DNA of 64,000 bases from an uncultured Acidobacteriota bacterium (GTDB lineage: Bacteria > Acidobacteriota > UBA6911), in contig CAWEJX010000004.1 in assembly GCA_963809485.1 (NCBI GenBank), positions 64,001 through 128,000 of the forward strand. Direction: 5' to 3'. A program made the translations under genes and the position numbers. The notes beneath the pieces are model-generated. The model was given only the letters and a program-made list of their open reading frames with translations, made no database searches and was not told the DNA's origin. How positions within the stretch are numbered: the first letter of the stretch is position 1; each line of letters begins with the position of its first letter. Shown piece by piece: positions 9,643 through 19,927 of the stretch.

Positions 9643-10662
9643 CTAATCTCCACTGAGACCGCCGGGCCAGGGCGAGTTCAGATGATAGGAAACGGATGGG
9701 CCGATCATTTCCACACGGCGGATTTTGCCGTTTTCGATGAGAAACGCTTCCGTTACCAGGATGCTGGATGGGCGGTTAAAGCCTTTGAACTCGTAGGGAC
9801 GGCCGTCGGAAAGAACGCCCCTGCTCACTGTGCCCTGGTCAAACACCGCATGAGCCCATACGATCCCTCGCTCCTGGTCTACAACAGGAAAGCGGCGGCC
9901 GTGGATGCTCTGGACCACAAAATATATCCCCAGCTTAAATTGCGACATGCAATCCATGGAAAAGAGATTGACGGCATCCGCGGGCTGATTGGATGGCCGC
10001 GGAACGTTGGTGGTTGCCGCTCCATTCTCAATCCGATGGCAGTCGTCGGTGAAAGGATAGGTGCCTGTACCGTTGATACCCTTGCCATCGTTCCTTTGAA
10101 GGCCCGTAAAATAGCCGTCGGCAATGGCGATGAGCTCCTGACGGGATAAACGCTGCGCAGGAGGAATCGATTTAAACCACATTGCCTCCGGCTTAAAGGG
10201 TTTGTCCATATCCGCGATGCTGTTCGGGCCGCCTCCGCCGGGCCTGAAGAAAACGCTTTCAATCTCGCTGATGCGGCCCAGCTCGATGCGCAGCCGCAGG
10301 CTCATCAGCAAAGGGGCGCCCGCTTCCCGCATCGTGCCCATGAAAGCCACCTGGCCGAACTCCGGGTCGGCAAAAATGTGCGTGTAGTTGCCCCGGCCTT
10401 CCGCGGTTTTCCAAAAACCGTCGCCGACTTCGACGATCTGATCGTTTTCCGTGTACACAACATCCCTGGAAAGCGGAAGCCGTCCGGGGTTATGGGCTAC
10501 AACTGCGGCAAGATACTGATCCACCAGGTCTTCCATGCATGCACGGTTGCAGTTCAAAGCAATCGGACCGGTGGATGCATCAGCTTCCGGAGAAGGATCA
10601 CCGATCAGGATTCCAGCGGCGATAAGAGCGATGAAACCAAAGATAACACCAATTGAACGCAT
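9643..10662 (-). CDS. Secreted hypothetical protein, tandem NTF2/SnoaL-like domains
   Basis: Signal peptide; CNRAC, YTEN, GFW, C.RIENG; homologous to 54324-55187. Confidence 0.75.
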   Translation of the reverse strand: MRSIGVIFGFIALIAAGILIGDPSPEADASTGPIALNCNRACMEDLVDQYLAAVVAHNPGRLPLSRDVVYTENDQIVEVGDGFWKTAEGRGNYTHIFADPEFGQVAFMGTMREAGAPLLMSLRLRIELGRISEIESVFFRPGGGGPNSIADMDKPFKPEAMWFKSIPPAQRLSRQELIAIADGYFTGLQRNDGKGINGTGTYPFTDDCHRIENGAATTNVPRPSNQPADAVNLFSMDCMSQFKLGIYFVVQSIHGRRFPVVDQERGIVWAHAVFDQGTVSRGVLSDGRPYEFKGFNRPSSILVTEAFLIENGKIRRVEMIGPSVSYHLNSPWPGGLSGD

Positions 10663-10830
10663 GGCTTACCTCCTCCCGTCCATCGGATTGTACTTCATAG
10701 GACGTAATTCAGACAGTCACCAAAGCTCCCAGAATGCATAAAATGTCCCGAACGAGCGCAAATTTGGCTGAAATTTTCAAAACCCGCAACCCGGCGGAGC
10801 GGTGCAGTCTTTATTACTTCATCCTGTCCG

Positions 10831-11586
10831 CTAATACATTTTGAGGGCTTTTCTTTCCTCCGCCGAAAGGCTTTTCTTGAAGCTTTTCAGCTTGGTCTCA
10901 CCTTTCCCTGTAACCGTTGCTTTCCCTCTCTTGATTTCGAGATACCCCATCAGTTCCAGTTCTTCCGACAGAACCCGGACCAGGATCGGGCTGAGAGCAG
11001 GATAGATTTCCTCGATCTGCTCCCGGGTGAACTCCTTCAGGATTTGAGTCACCCGGATTCCGGATTTGGGCAGCACCTTGTGCAAAATAGACATTTGTCT
11101 GCGGAAATAGGTTATGGAATCGCCCTTGTCCGCGAGGTCGAAAGCTTCCACCTTCATTCTCATCAAGGTCCTGGTATCGCCGCAGGTCACTATGGAGTTG
11201 TCCAGGCCGACTATTCTATCGTTGACGGGAGGCCATTGAAACGCATGTTCAGGCTGCAGGCTGGCAATGGAGTTTTTAGGTTCGACTTCAGTTCGCAGTA
11301 CATTTTGAAATCCGATGCCGTCATATTTTTTTTTGCCGGGATCCCTCCGGCTGACAGGTGCATACCAGAAGGCATAATAGAAAATCGGCGCAGGTATCTG
11401 CCTCGGACCCGCAGCAAAGACCGCCATCATTTTCGGCACCACGACGGCCGACATGCCCGGGCAGATCCTGCCGATATACTTCTCCCCGTCATAAATAAAT
11501 TCATCGCCCACTTTGTGCCGAAAGTGGCAGGGGTACTTCTGCTCATCGCCCGCGAAGCCAATTACGGTCGCTTTGACCTTGAACAT
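10831..11586 (-). CDS. Hypothetical protein, TIGR04076-like Cys-containing N-domain plus winged-helix-like C-terminus
   Basis: YPCHFRHKVGDEF...ICP...TCGD; C-terminal ELMGYLEI...VTGKG; AAAGGAGG RBS. Confidence 0.65.
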   Translation of the reverse strand: MFKVKATVIGFAGDEQKYPCHFRHKVGDEFIYDGEKYIGRICPGMSAVVVPKMMAVFAAGPRQIPAPIFYYAFWYAPVSRRDPGKKKYDGIGFQNVLRTEVEPKNSIASLQPEHAFQWPPVNDRIVGLDNSIVTCGDTRTLMRMKVEAFDLADKGDSITYFRRQMSILHKVLPKSGIRVTQILKEFTREQIEEIYPALSPILVRVLSEELELMGYLEIKRGKATVTGKGETKLKSFKKSLSAEERKALKMY

Positions 11587-11791
11587 ACAGACCTCCTTTC
11601 AAGGCGCATGGGATTTTCATGGTTCTGAAAGCTTCAGCCGGTGTCGTCCGCACATCCTGCCGAAATCCGGATTCATCCAGCAAAATTTTTATCGGATAAG
11701 GGTAATGCCTAAAATCGCGTTCTGCTATAGAATAATGGTACCCCCATTTTGGAGGATCCCGGGATAAACCGGCTCCCGTTTAAGGCTCAGT

Positions 11792-13441
11792 TTGGATGAA
11801 CTTGATGGCACGATGAACAACAACCCACAACACCCGGCCCCTTCGGAGCAAGCTCATCAGCCGAACAATACCATTGAGCGTCGCGTCGCGGAGCGCACGG
11901 CCGATCTGGACCGGGCGGTTCAAATGCTGAGCGCGGAACGGTTGCGCTTCAACGAAGTGCTCGATGCGCTTCCGGTTTATGTCATCCTATTGACGCCCGA
12001 CTACCATGTTCCCTTCGCCAACCGTTTCTTTGAGGAACGGTTCGGAAAATCCGGCGGCGCCCGCTGCTTCGAGTATCTTTTCCACCGTTCCGAGCCTTGC
12101 AGCAATTGTGAAACTTACAAGGTGCTGAAGACCAATGACATTCACCGCTGGAAGTGGACGGGCCCCGACGGCCGAAATTACGACATCCACGATTTCCCCT
12201 TCAAGGATGTGGACGGCAAACCCCTCATCATGGAAGTAGGCTTTGACGTCACCGAACAGATCCGGAATGAATTTGCGCTCCGGGAAAAAACGAATGAGGT
12301 TCAACGGCTGGCCGACCAGCTTCGCGCACTTGCCGTGGATCTTTCGCAGGCGGAACTGAAGGAGCGCAAGCGGCTGTCCAGAATTCTGCACGATCACATA
12401 CAGCAGCTTCTCGTGGCGGCGCGGATGCAGGTAGGATGGTTAAAATCCGCCGGGAGCCTGGACAATGTTTATGCTGCGGTCCAGGAAGTGGACAGCATTC
12501 TCCGGGAGGCTCTGGAATCATCGCGTTCCCTGACGATCGAGCTCAGTCCCCCTATCCTCCATGAAACGGGACTGATCGGCGGTTTGAACTGGCTGGCATC
12601 CCAGATGTTCGAGAAGAATCATTTCAGGGTCAACCTGCGTTCCGACAACCATGCGGAGCCGGTCACCGAAGAAATGCGGTTCCTTCTGTTTGAATGCGCG
12701 CGGGAACTGCTTTTCAACGCTATGAAGCACGCCAATGTTTCGGAAGCGCACGTCACCCTCCTGAGAACAAAAGACGACCATATACGGCTGATCGTAAGAG
12801 ATGAAGGGAAGGGTTTTGATCCCGATCTACTTAAGAAGCGCAGAGCCGGAGAGGTCAGCTTTGGTCTTTTCAGCATCCAGCAGCGTCTGGCTCATCTTTG
12901 CGGCGACATGAAAATTGCTACGGCGCCCGGAAAAGGAACGAGCATAATCCTGACTTTACCCGTCGCCGGCCAGCAGGAGGACCGGGGCGCAGTGAGCTGG
13001 GCTACAACGGAACAGGGCCACGCCAATGGAACACCAGTGGGCGAGAAAACGGCCATTCACCGGGTTCTTATTGTTGACGATCACAAGATCGTTCGCGAAG
13101 GGCTGGCCGGCCTGATGCATTTCGAGTCGGATATCGAGGTCGTGGGTCAGGCTGCGGACGGATTGCAGGCCGTCGAGTTGTCCGAGAAGCTTCGACCCGA
13201 CGTGGTTATTATGGATGTCAACCTCGGCGAAATGAATGGCGTGGAAGTTACCAGGGAAATCCTGGCAAGGAATCCAGGCATAAAAGTGATCGGGCTCTCC
13301 ATGCACATCGACCCTGATATCGCCCGCGGCATGCGCGATGCCGGCGCGGCCGCCTACCTGAACAAAGGCTCTCCCTCCGAGGATTTGCTTGCCGCAATCC
13401 GGGCCTGTGCCCGGACCTCCCATTCAAAAACCCCCGGTTAA
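11792..13441 (+). CDS. Hybrid sensor histidine kinase (PAS, HisKA_3, HATPase, REC)
   Basis: ERKRLSRILHD, ELLFNAMKHA, DEGKGF, VLIVDDH...MDVNL; start uncertain. Confidence 0.92.
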   Translation: MDELDGTMNNNPQHPAPSEQAHQPNNTIERRVAERTADLDRAVQMLSAERLRFNEVLDALPVYVILLTPDYHVPFANRFFEERFGKSGGARCFEYLFHRSEPCSNCETYKVLKTNDIHRWKWTGPDGRNYDIHDFPFKDVDGKPLIMEVGFDVTEQIRNEFALREKTNEVQRLADQLRALAVDLSQAELKERKRLSRILHDHIQQLLVAARMQVGWLKSAGSLDNVYAAVQEVDSILREALESSRSLTIELSPPILHETGLIGGLNWLASQMFEKNHFRVNLRSDNHAEPVTEEMRFLLFECARELLFNAMKHANVSEAHVTLLRTKDDHIRLIVRDEGKGFDPDLLKKRRAGEVSFGLFSIQQRLAHLCGDMKIATAPGKGTSIILTLPVAGQQEDRGAVSWATTEQGHANGTPVGEKTAIHRVLIVDDHKIVREGLAGLMHFESDIEVVGQAADGLQAVELSEKLRPDVVIMDVNLGEMNGVEVTREILARNPGIKVIGLSMHIDPDIARGMRDAGAAAYLNKGSPSEDLLAAIRACARTSHSKTPG

Positions 13442-13451
13442 GCCCCTCTCA

Positions 13452-13734
13452 GTCAGGCGCCTCCGGCTTTGCCGGAGGCTTGAAAGATTGGAACCGCTCA
13501 AAGCGGTTGGAGGAGTTACGCCGGTCTTGAACGCTGACTTACGCGGGCAAAAGCCGATGAGGCGCTTCCGATCCCCGCAGGGGCCAACGCTCCTCGCTGG
13601 ACAGTTTTCTGCGGCTTTTGCTCGCCGACCCTCGACGAACAAATCGGCGTTTGTCAGCGTATCTCAGCGTTTCAAAAAGCGGAGCTGTCAAACTCTATGA
13701 GTCCCCCGGCAGAGGCGGTGGATCTACCATTCAC
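13452..13734 (-). mobile_element. IS200/IS605-type non-autonomous element, internal-deletion derivative
   Basis: Both terminal hairpins present (CCTCCGGCTTTGCCGGAGG; CCCCCGGCAGAGGCGG); lacks the inner 26-bp inverted-repeat module. Confidence 0.8.
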
Positions 13735-13837
13735 TTGGCACGGTCCCAAATCCTTTGTATGTTCGCGCCTTCGAGCCTTTGAGTTAGAATACAGGTCCAC
13801 AGTTCCAGCGGCTCAACAGACGAGAGGAGAAATCGGG

Positions 13838-15439
13838 ATGTCCCGGGGAAATTCGGAATACGGATTGTCCAGGAAGCAGATCCTTTGGGGATTGATAGCC
13901 GTTTTCGCCACGTACGGAACAATGAACTATTTCGTACAAACGCTTAATATCGCCAGGCCGCGAATGGCGGCAGACCTGGACGGCATGTCGTTGTACTCCT
14001 ATTCCATTTCCATCCCGGGTCTGGCTGCGGCCTTCGTGACGCTGATCTTCGGCAAATTTTCGGACATGTATGGGCGTAGGATTATGCTGCTCATCGCCCT
14101 GGGATTCTTCCTGGCGGGCACGATCCTGAGCGCCGTAAGTCCAACCTTTATCTTCCTGATCTTCGCGAACGCCGTGGCTCGCGTGGGTTCCAGCTCCGTC
14201 ATGATGCTCGGCTATTCGGTGCTGGGGGACATGTACCCGCCGGCAGAGCGCAGCAAGTGGGTCGGGATGCTCAACATTCCTGCCGGCATTTTCGCCCTTT
14301 TCGGGCCTACCATGGGCGGATGGTTTGTGGACAATCTAAGCTGGCGTTACCTCTACTGGACGTCCGTGCCGCTCCTGCTCATCTGCCTGGCAATGGTATC
14401 GATCGGCGTGCCTCGGCCGGCCGGCAGAATTGCCCGCAAAATCGACGTTCCCGGCTGCATTCTTGTGGCGGTTGCCTCTTCGACGATGATCCTGGGATTT
14501 TCATTTGCCGGGAGCACCTATCCCTGGCTGTCGGCCCCGGTCATCGTTTTGCTGGGAGTTTCCCTGCTCTTCTGGATACTTTTCTTCCGTGCCGAAGCGC
14601 GGGCGCAAGAGCCGGTCCTTGATCCGCAGGTACTCAAAAACCGTATCTTCCTGACCGTGGCAGTCGCGACCATGCTTTCGTTTTTCGGACAACTCGGGCT
14701 CACGATGTATTTCCCGATGTTCCTGCAGGGCGTTCAGGGCATCAGCGCAACCCAGAGCGGCCAGATCATCACTCCATTCAGTGTGCTGATGGCTTTTGTG
14801 GGCGTTCCTGCCGGTTTCCTGCTTGCCCGGACGAAGCGCTACAAATGGATTTATATATTCAGCTTCGGGATCCTCACGGCGGACATGTTCGCGCTGATCT
14901 TCTTCAGCGCCGATACTCCTGCGGTTTGGAGCGTGGCCGCGGCCACGCTGGCCGGCCTGGGAATGGGCGCCATTCCGACCGTAAATACGATGGTCGTTCA
15001 GAATTCCGTGCCCAAAAGACTCCTGGGAGTTGTCATGGGAGCCATTTTTTTCAGCATTTCGATGGGGGGCGCGCTGGCTCCCTCCATTCTCGGATCGGCC
15101 ATGAATGCCTCTTACGAGAAAAAACTCGCCGCCTCCCTGCCCGATGCGCTGAAGCAGTCGGCCAGCAGGGAAACAATGGATTCCCTGGGCAACTCGCGCG
15201 TACTCCTGTCGAAACCGGCAATGGCGGCGCTTGAGGGCACTTTCAACAGGATGGAGGGCGGAGGCCAGGATCTTTTCCGCCAAACGGTTCAGGCGATCCG
15301 CATATCCATGGAGTCCGGCCTGAGAAGCGTTTTCTGGATCAACGCGATTGCCATGCTGCTGGCTTTCCTGCTCATTATCACCGTCCCGGAAGTCCCTCTG
15401 GACGTTGAGCCGCCGGACAAAAAAACAGCCACGAATTGA
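13838..15439 (+). CDS. MFS transporter, DHA2 (14-TM) type
   Basis: GKFSDMYGRR motif A, GPTMGG, WRYLYW; GAGGAG before ATG 13838 (the ORF-track N-extension comes from the repeat). Confidence 0.92.
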   Translation: MSRGNSEYGLSRKQILWGLIAVFATYGTMNYFVQTLNIARPRMAADLDGMSLYSYSISIPGLAAAFVTLIFGKFSDMYGRRIMLLIALGFFLAGTILSAVSPTFIFLIFANAVARVGSSSVMMLGYSVLGDMYPPAERSKWVGMLNIPAGIFALFGPTMGGWFVDNLSWRYLYWTSVPLLLICLAMVSIGVPRPAGRIARKIDVPGCILVAVASSTMILGFSFAGSTYPWLSAPVIVLLGVSLLFWILFFRAEARAQEPVLDPQVLKNRIFLTVAVATMLSFFGQLGLTMYFPMFLQGVQGISATQSGQIITPFSVLMAFVGVPAGFLLARTKRYKWIYIFSFGILTADMFALIFFSADTPAVWSVAAATLAGLGMGAIPTVNTMVVQNSVPKRLLGVVMGAIFFSISMGGALAPSILGSAMNASYEKKLAASLPDALKQSASRETMDSLGNSRVLLSKPAMAALEGTFNRMEGGGQDLFRQTVQAIRISMESGLRSVFWINAIAMLLAFLLIITVPEVPLDVEPPDKKTATN

Positions 15440-15447
15440 CCTAAGTT

Positions 15448-15735
15448 TGCGAGGCAATCAACATCCGGCAATGGAAAGGGCTGGATTCGACCTATTCCGT
15501 GGCTGAGTTGAAGAAAAAGTTACATGGCCGGACGCGCAAGCGCCGCACTGTGGTTGTACGGGAACTACTCAGAGATAAGCTTTCTCTGGGGCGGCGCCTA
15601 CTGAGCGTTCCTGGCTATACGTTTCGTTTATTCGCCCCCTCGCTACCGATGACACCGGAAGAGATCTGGCGTGATTACAATCTCCGATCGGACGTGGAGA
15701 AGCGCATAGCCGAATTGAAATATGATTTGGCAGCC
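15448..15735 (+). mobile_element. IS1380-like DDE transposase internal fragment
   Basis: YSVAELKKKLHG..RKRRTVVVRE...PGYTFRLF...PEEIWRDYN.RSDVEKRIAELKYDL. Confidence 0.7.
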
Positions 15736-15754
15736 GAATCCGCAAGCCTGGCCC

Positions 15755-17401
15755 TTAAATGCCCGGCAGGCACAGGCAGGGGGATTTGATCCGGATATCC
15801 GCATTTTTCCATACCGCATCAAATTGCTTCTCCAATTTTTTTGCCTCGACGGATTTGTTCTGAGCCTGAAGAGAGCGCATGAATCCGTAAAGCCCCCAGC
15901 CGTTTTCCGGAAGCCGCTTCAGATCCTCGCGAAAGACCTTTTCCGCCTCAACGAATTTGCCGGCTTTCAGGAGGGCTGCGCCAAACGCATGTCGCGTCGG
16001 AATTATCCAATCAGGCGGCTCGTCGTAGCGCAGCTTATCTTCGAGGGCAACTGCTGTACGCAGGTAAGAAAGGCCCTCGTCAATCTTGCCGGCGCGGTAA
16101 AGAATCTCGCCCCGCATGAAGGTTTCGGCTATATTGAGGATGTCTGCTGCCGAATTGTTGCCGAAATATGCATCCTCCGGCACTCGGCTGCGTGCTTCAA
16201 AGAACGCAGCCTGTTCCATCATCGCGGAAGACACATCCTCCTTTGCTGCGTATGCGACAGCCCGTGCATAGTGTTGGAGCGCGCGCGAAATAGGCACAAA
16301 ATCAGGGAATTGCGGTTCGGCCAGAATATCGTCCCAGCGCCCGAACCGCATCATCACCTCAAGAGGCATTGCCACGAAACCATCCATGAAGGCGTTGGCG
16401 CGGAGGAAATCCGTCGGAATATCCGCCACCATCTTGCGGATAATTTTCAACGCCAGGGCGGTTTGACCCGTCATCATAGCGCCGTACGCAAGCATGTGAT
16501 GGTTATGGGCCATGTAAAGACGATAAAAGCCCTGCCGGCCCGTTTGTTCGGTGTATCGCCGGTCTGCGTCGATCGCCTTCAGGTTGGCAACAATCGATTG
16601 CTGCCAACGGCCGCGCCGGACATCGATGTGGGACGGCATATGCACAAGGTGCCCCAATCCCGGCTGGAGGTCGCGGAGCGCATCGGCAGCGCGGTCGGCC
16701 ATCTCCGGGCGAGGGGAAGCCTCGACTGCATGAATGAAAAGATGGTTGGCGAGAGGGTGCTTTGGATCAACGTCGAGGACGCGTTCAAGTGTCCTGATCA
16801 ACTCTTCAGTGCCCGGTCGCGGTTCCCCCGAAGCCGTCCAGAGATCCCATGGCCGGAGATCGGCAAGCGATTCTGCAAAGAGCGCACCGACGTCTGCGTC
16901 CTCCGGAAATGCAGCCCAAACCCGACGCATGGCATCGGCATAGGCCAGATCTAAAGACTTTCTGTCAGCGGGTGGCGGATCGGCATAACGGGATCCAAGA
17001 GCCTCTATGAGGGCGCGCTCGACGGGGCTCGCCTTCGAGGCAAGCTCTTTGGCCCGATTCAACGCTGCCCATGCTGCCTTGGCCCGCTCCTCCGGGAGAA
17101 CCGGATTGTTGATGTGCGGGCCATTTGCAATGGCAACACCCCAAAACGCCATCGCGCATTTTGTATCAATCTCCCCTGCCCGCCGAAAAGAACGAATCGC
17201 TTCATCGTGGTTGAACGCATACATGAACGCAAGACCCTGATCAAAGTAACGCTGTGCTTCAGGCGATTCAGTTGTGACCTTCCTGCTGAAGCTGCCCAAA
17301 CCTTCAAAGAAGGGCACATGCGGCATCGGCGTTATGGACACAGCGCCGCTGGCAGCGAAAATGAGAATGGAAAAAACCGCCATTTTGCATAGCTTCGCCA
17401 T
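15755..17401 (-). CDS. Secreted TPR-repeat protein
   Basis: AQRYFDQGL..MYAFNHDEA, H..IHAVEAS, GHLVHMPSHI, YDEPPDW, ENGWGL. Confidence 0.88.
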   Translation of the reverse strand: MAKLCKMAVFSILIFAASGAVSITPMPHVPFFEGLGSFSRKVTTESPEAQRYFDQGLAFMYAFNHDEAIRSFRRAGEIDTKCAMAFWGVAIANGPHINNPVLPEERAKAAWAALNRAKELASKASPVERALIEALGSRYADPPPADRKSLDLAYADAMRRVWAAFPEDADVGALFAESLADLRPWDLWTASGEPRPGTEELIRTLERVLDVDPKHPLANHLFIHAVEASPRPEMADRAADALRDLQPGLGHLVHMPSHIDVRRGRWQQSIVANLKAIDADRRYTEQTGRQGFYRLYMAHNHHMLAYGAMMTGQTALALKIIRKMVADIPTDFLRANAFMDGFVAMPLEVMMRFGRWDDILAEPQFPDFVPISRALQHYARAVAYAAKEDVSSAMMEQAAFFEARSRVPEDAYFGNNSAADILNIAETFMRGEILYRAGKIDEGLSYLRTAVALEDKLRYDEPPDWIIPTRHAFGAALLKAGKFVEAEKVFREDLKRLPENGWGLYGFMRSLQAQNKSVEAKKLEKQFDAVWKNADIRIKSPCLCLPGI

Positions 17402-17522
17402 ATGGCACCCCCTGCTCAAAATTCCTATTGCAGACTCGCCGATCACCCGGGATCGCGGGGGGTTACTCTCCTGAGAGGACGAACCTCGCTGGTAATTTAT
17501 ATAACGCTTCGGTAGGGCTTAT

Positions 17523-17873
17523 GCCAGGCTTGAGCATGACTTTTTCGAATCCTTTCGGCTGTTTCGAGGGTTCTTCTGCCGCCGCCGGGCTGCCCAGGTA
17601 AAGCTGGACCACTTCCGCCCCTTCGCGCTTCCCTGCGTTCGTGATCCGCGCCTTCACCGTCACGCTCTGGCCCGCGGCGTGGTCCACCTGAAGATCGCTG
17701 TAGCGAAACGTGGTGTACGAGAGGCCAAAGCCGAACGGGAAGAGAGGCTCCTGGTTTTTAGCGTCGTACCGGCGGTAACCGACCAGAACCCCTTCCGAAT
17801 AATTGACCGTCATGCCGTCACCGGGATAATCCAGGAAATGGACGCCCGGCCCCTGCTGCTCATTGGCAGGGAA
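17523..17873 (-). pseudogene. Glycoside hydrolase family 3 C-terminal / Fn3-like remnant
   Basis: YSEGVLVGYR.YD, PLFPFGFGLSYT.F.Y, GAEVVQLY, KGFEKV; no catalytic N-domain. Confidence 0.8.
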
Positions 17874-18143
17874 CGCCGCGCCGAGGAACGCAATCAAGCA
17901 TTTGAATGCGTATCCGCCATGCATAATACCTCCCCGCCCCGCAGGGCTTTTGGGCAAGCCACAGATTTCTACAATTCCAGGCCGGGTATCAAAAAAATTC
18001 GTGAAATCCCGGTCTGCTTTTTTATATGATTTCCATTCATATTCCCGTAAAACAGTCTTGGAATTCTTCGAGGCTACATGTCTTCATAGTCCAGGACCAA
18101 ACTCCGAGGATTGGAGGCTCGAAGATGCTTAAAGGAGAACACC

Positions 18144-19769
18144 ATGAATGTACTGATACGCTGTCTGCCTGTTTTTGCTTTGATGGTGAACCTGTTCCCC
18201 GCTGCAGCCGCCCAGACAACACTGGAGGTGCTGAATCCGATGGGGTCGATTGAGCCGCCCAAAACCTACGGGCTCTCCCCTCGGGTTGCGGATCTGGCCG
18301 GCAAAAGGATCGCCCTCATGCACAATAACAAACCCGGCGCTTCCAATCTTCTCGATGCCCTGGAAACGCTGTTGAAGGCGAAGTACCCCGGCGCAAGCTT
18401 TTCGCGCGGATTTCAGACGCAGCCGGTAAAGCCGCCAAAGGATCCGGACATGTACAAAAAGGCGGCGGCGGCAAGCGACGTCTTCATTTTTGCCATGGGA
18501 GACTGAGGAACCTGCACGTGGTGGGGTTCCCACCACACGGTGCAGATGGAAAAGCTGGGCGTTCCCGGAGTGCTGCTCGCCAGCTCGCAGTTCCTTACGG
18601 ATGCAAGATCAGCCGCTGCAGACTGGGCGATGCCCGGCATACGCATCGTCGCTATCCCATCGGACAAATGGTACCGGTTTCGCGGAACGGTGAATGAAGT
18701 GCGGCCGCTCGCGGAGGCAGCCCTGGACCCGATCATCAAAGCTCTCACCACTCCCTTGACCGCGCAGGAGGCAAAGCCGCCCCAGCAAACGAAGGTAGAG
18801 CTTCCTCCGATCAAAATAACCGGAGCAGGCTATGCCGACTCCGTTGAGAAAATGAATGCGCTTTTCCTCAAAAACCATATGAGCGACGGGCTGCCCATTG
18901 TGCCTCCGACCCGGGAGGCCGTTGACGCAATGCTCAAAGGCACCTCGCGTTCCCGCGACGAGGTCATCGGCAAGGTCCCCATGAAGTTCGGCATTGCCAC
19001 GGTTGAGAAGATCGCGATCAATGCCGTGATGGCAGGCGCCAAACCGGAATATTTTCCCGTAATCCTTACGGCGATGGAGGCATTCTGCTCCGGTGAGTTC
19101 TGGCACATGATGGGATCCTCCGGCAGTTTTACGCTCATCATCATGGTAAACGGACCTATCGCGAAAGAGATCGATATGAACTCAGGGATCGGTTTTCTGG
19201 GCGACTGCTGGCGCGCCAACAGCACGATCGGGCGCAGCGTGCGGCTTGCGACGCGCAACATCGGCCACACCTGGCCGGCGGAAAACGACATGGCCCTGGT
19301 CGGCCGTCCATCGGCTCACACCTTTTTCACATTTGCCGAAAACGAAGAAATGAATCCATGGGAGCCCTACCACGTGAGCATGGGCTTTAGGAAGGAAGAC
19401 AGCACGGTGACGATGACGAAGGTGGGATCGTATTTCGGGGCTTCAGGTCAAACGGTAGGAGGCGGCGCTGTCGCAACCTGGACCGCTCAGTCCATCCTGG
19501 ATGGGATGGCGGGACACGCAACATCCAAGGGCGGCGGCTATTACACCTGGTTCCACCCGGAAGGCGCGCAGGCGCTGGTGGATGCCGGCTTCACCAGCCG
19601 CAGCAAAATACAGGAGTGGTTTTCCAGCAAAACCGGAGTCTTGCCCAGGAATATATCGGTCGCCGTCACCGGCGGCGTGCCGGGGTACTCGATGATATGG
19701 GGTTACGAACTGGATTCCCATGTGACCAAGAAGATTCAGGGCGCCACTTTAACCAAAGCCGGCCGCTAA
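18144..19769 (+). CDS. UGSC-type selenoprotein (541 aa, Sec121 in U-G-T-C), signal peptide
   Basis: ORFs 18111-18506 and 18540-19769 share a frame and are separated only by TGA 18504-18506; read-through AMGD-U-GTCTWWGSHHTVQMEKLG aligns with the uninterrupted paralog at 57619. Confidence 0.88.
18512..18545 (+). promoter_or_regulatory. Putative bacterial SECIS hairpin
   Basis: CTGCAC-GTGGTGGG-[GTT]-CCCACCAC-ACG-GTGCAG, 14 Watson-Crick pairs, G-containing loop 19 nt after the TGA. Confidence 0.78.
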
Positions 19770-19775
19770 TTTCCA

Positions 19776-19852
19776 GGGGGACAGTCACCGGTGTCCCCGA
19801 AAGCGTCTGCAAAAGAGCTTTCGTTTAAAGGGGACACTGGTGACTGTCCTCC
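19776..19852. repeat. REP-like inverted pair (GGGGACAGTCACC family)
   Basis: GGGGACAGTCACCGGTGTCCCC ... GGGGACACTGGTGACTGTCC; related copy at 23557-23604. Confidence 0.75.
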
Positions 19853-19927
19853 TTGCCTTCCCTATGATCTCCGATACTTGAGGTTGATGGATGCCTCGAT
19901 CGATAAATCTGCATCCGGGAGGACATC

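Noticed and set aside
13697-13837. N-terminal ORF extensions beginning in the palindromic element (also 36047-36286 and 45259-45390) and element-internal ORFs such as 35902-36225 and 42627-43130
   Set aside because: They are translations of the repeat (MSPPAE..., NADLRGQKPMRR...). Downstream ATGs have better RBSs, and internal ORFs are not preserved between copies.
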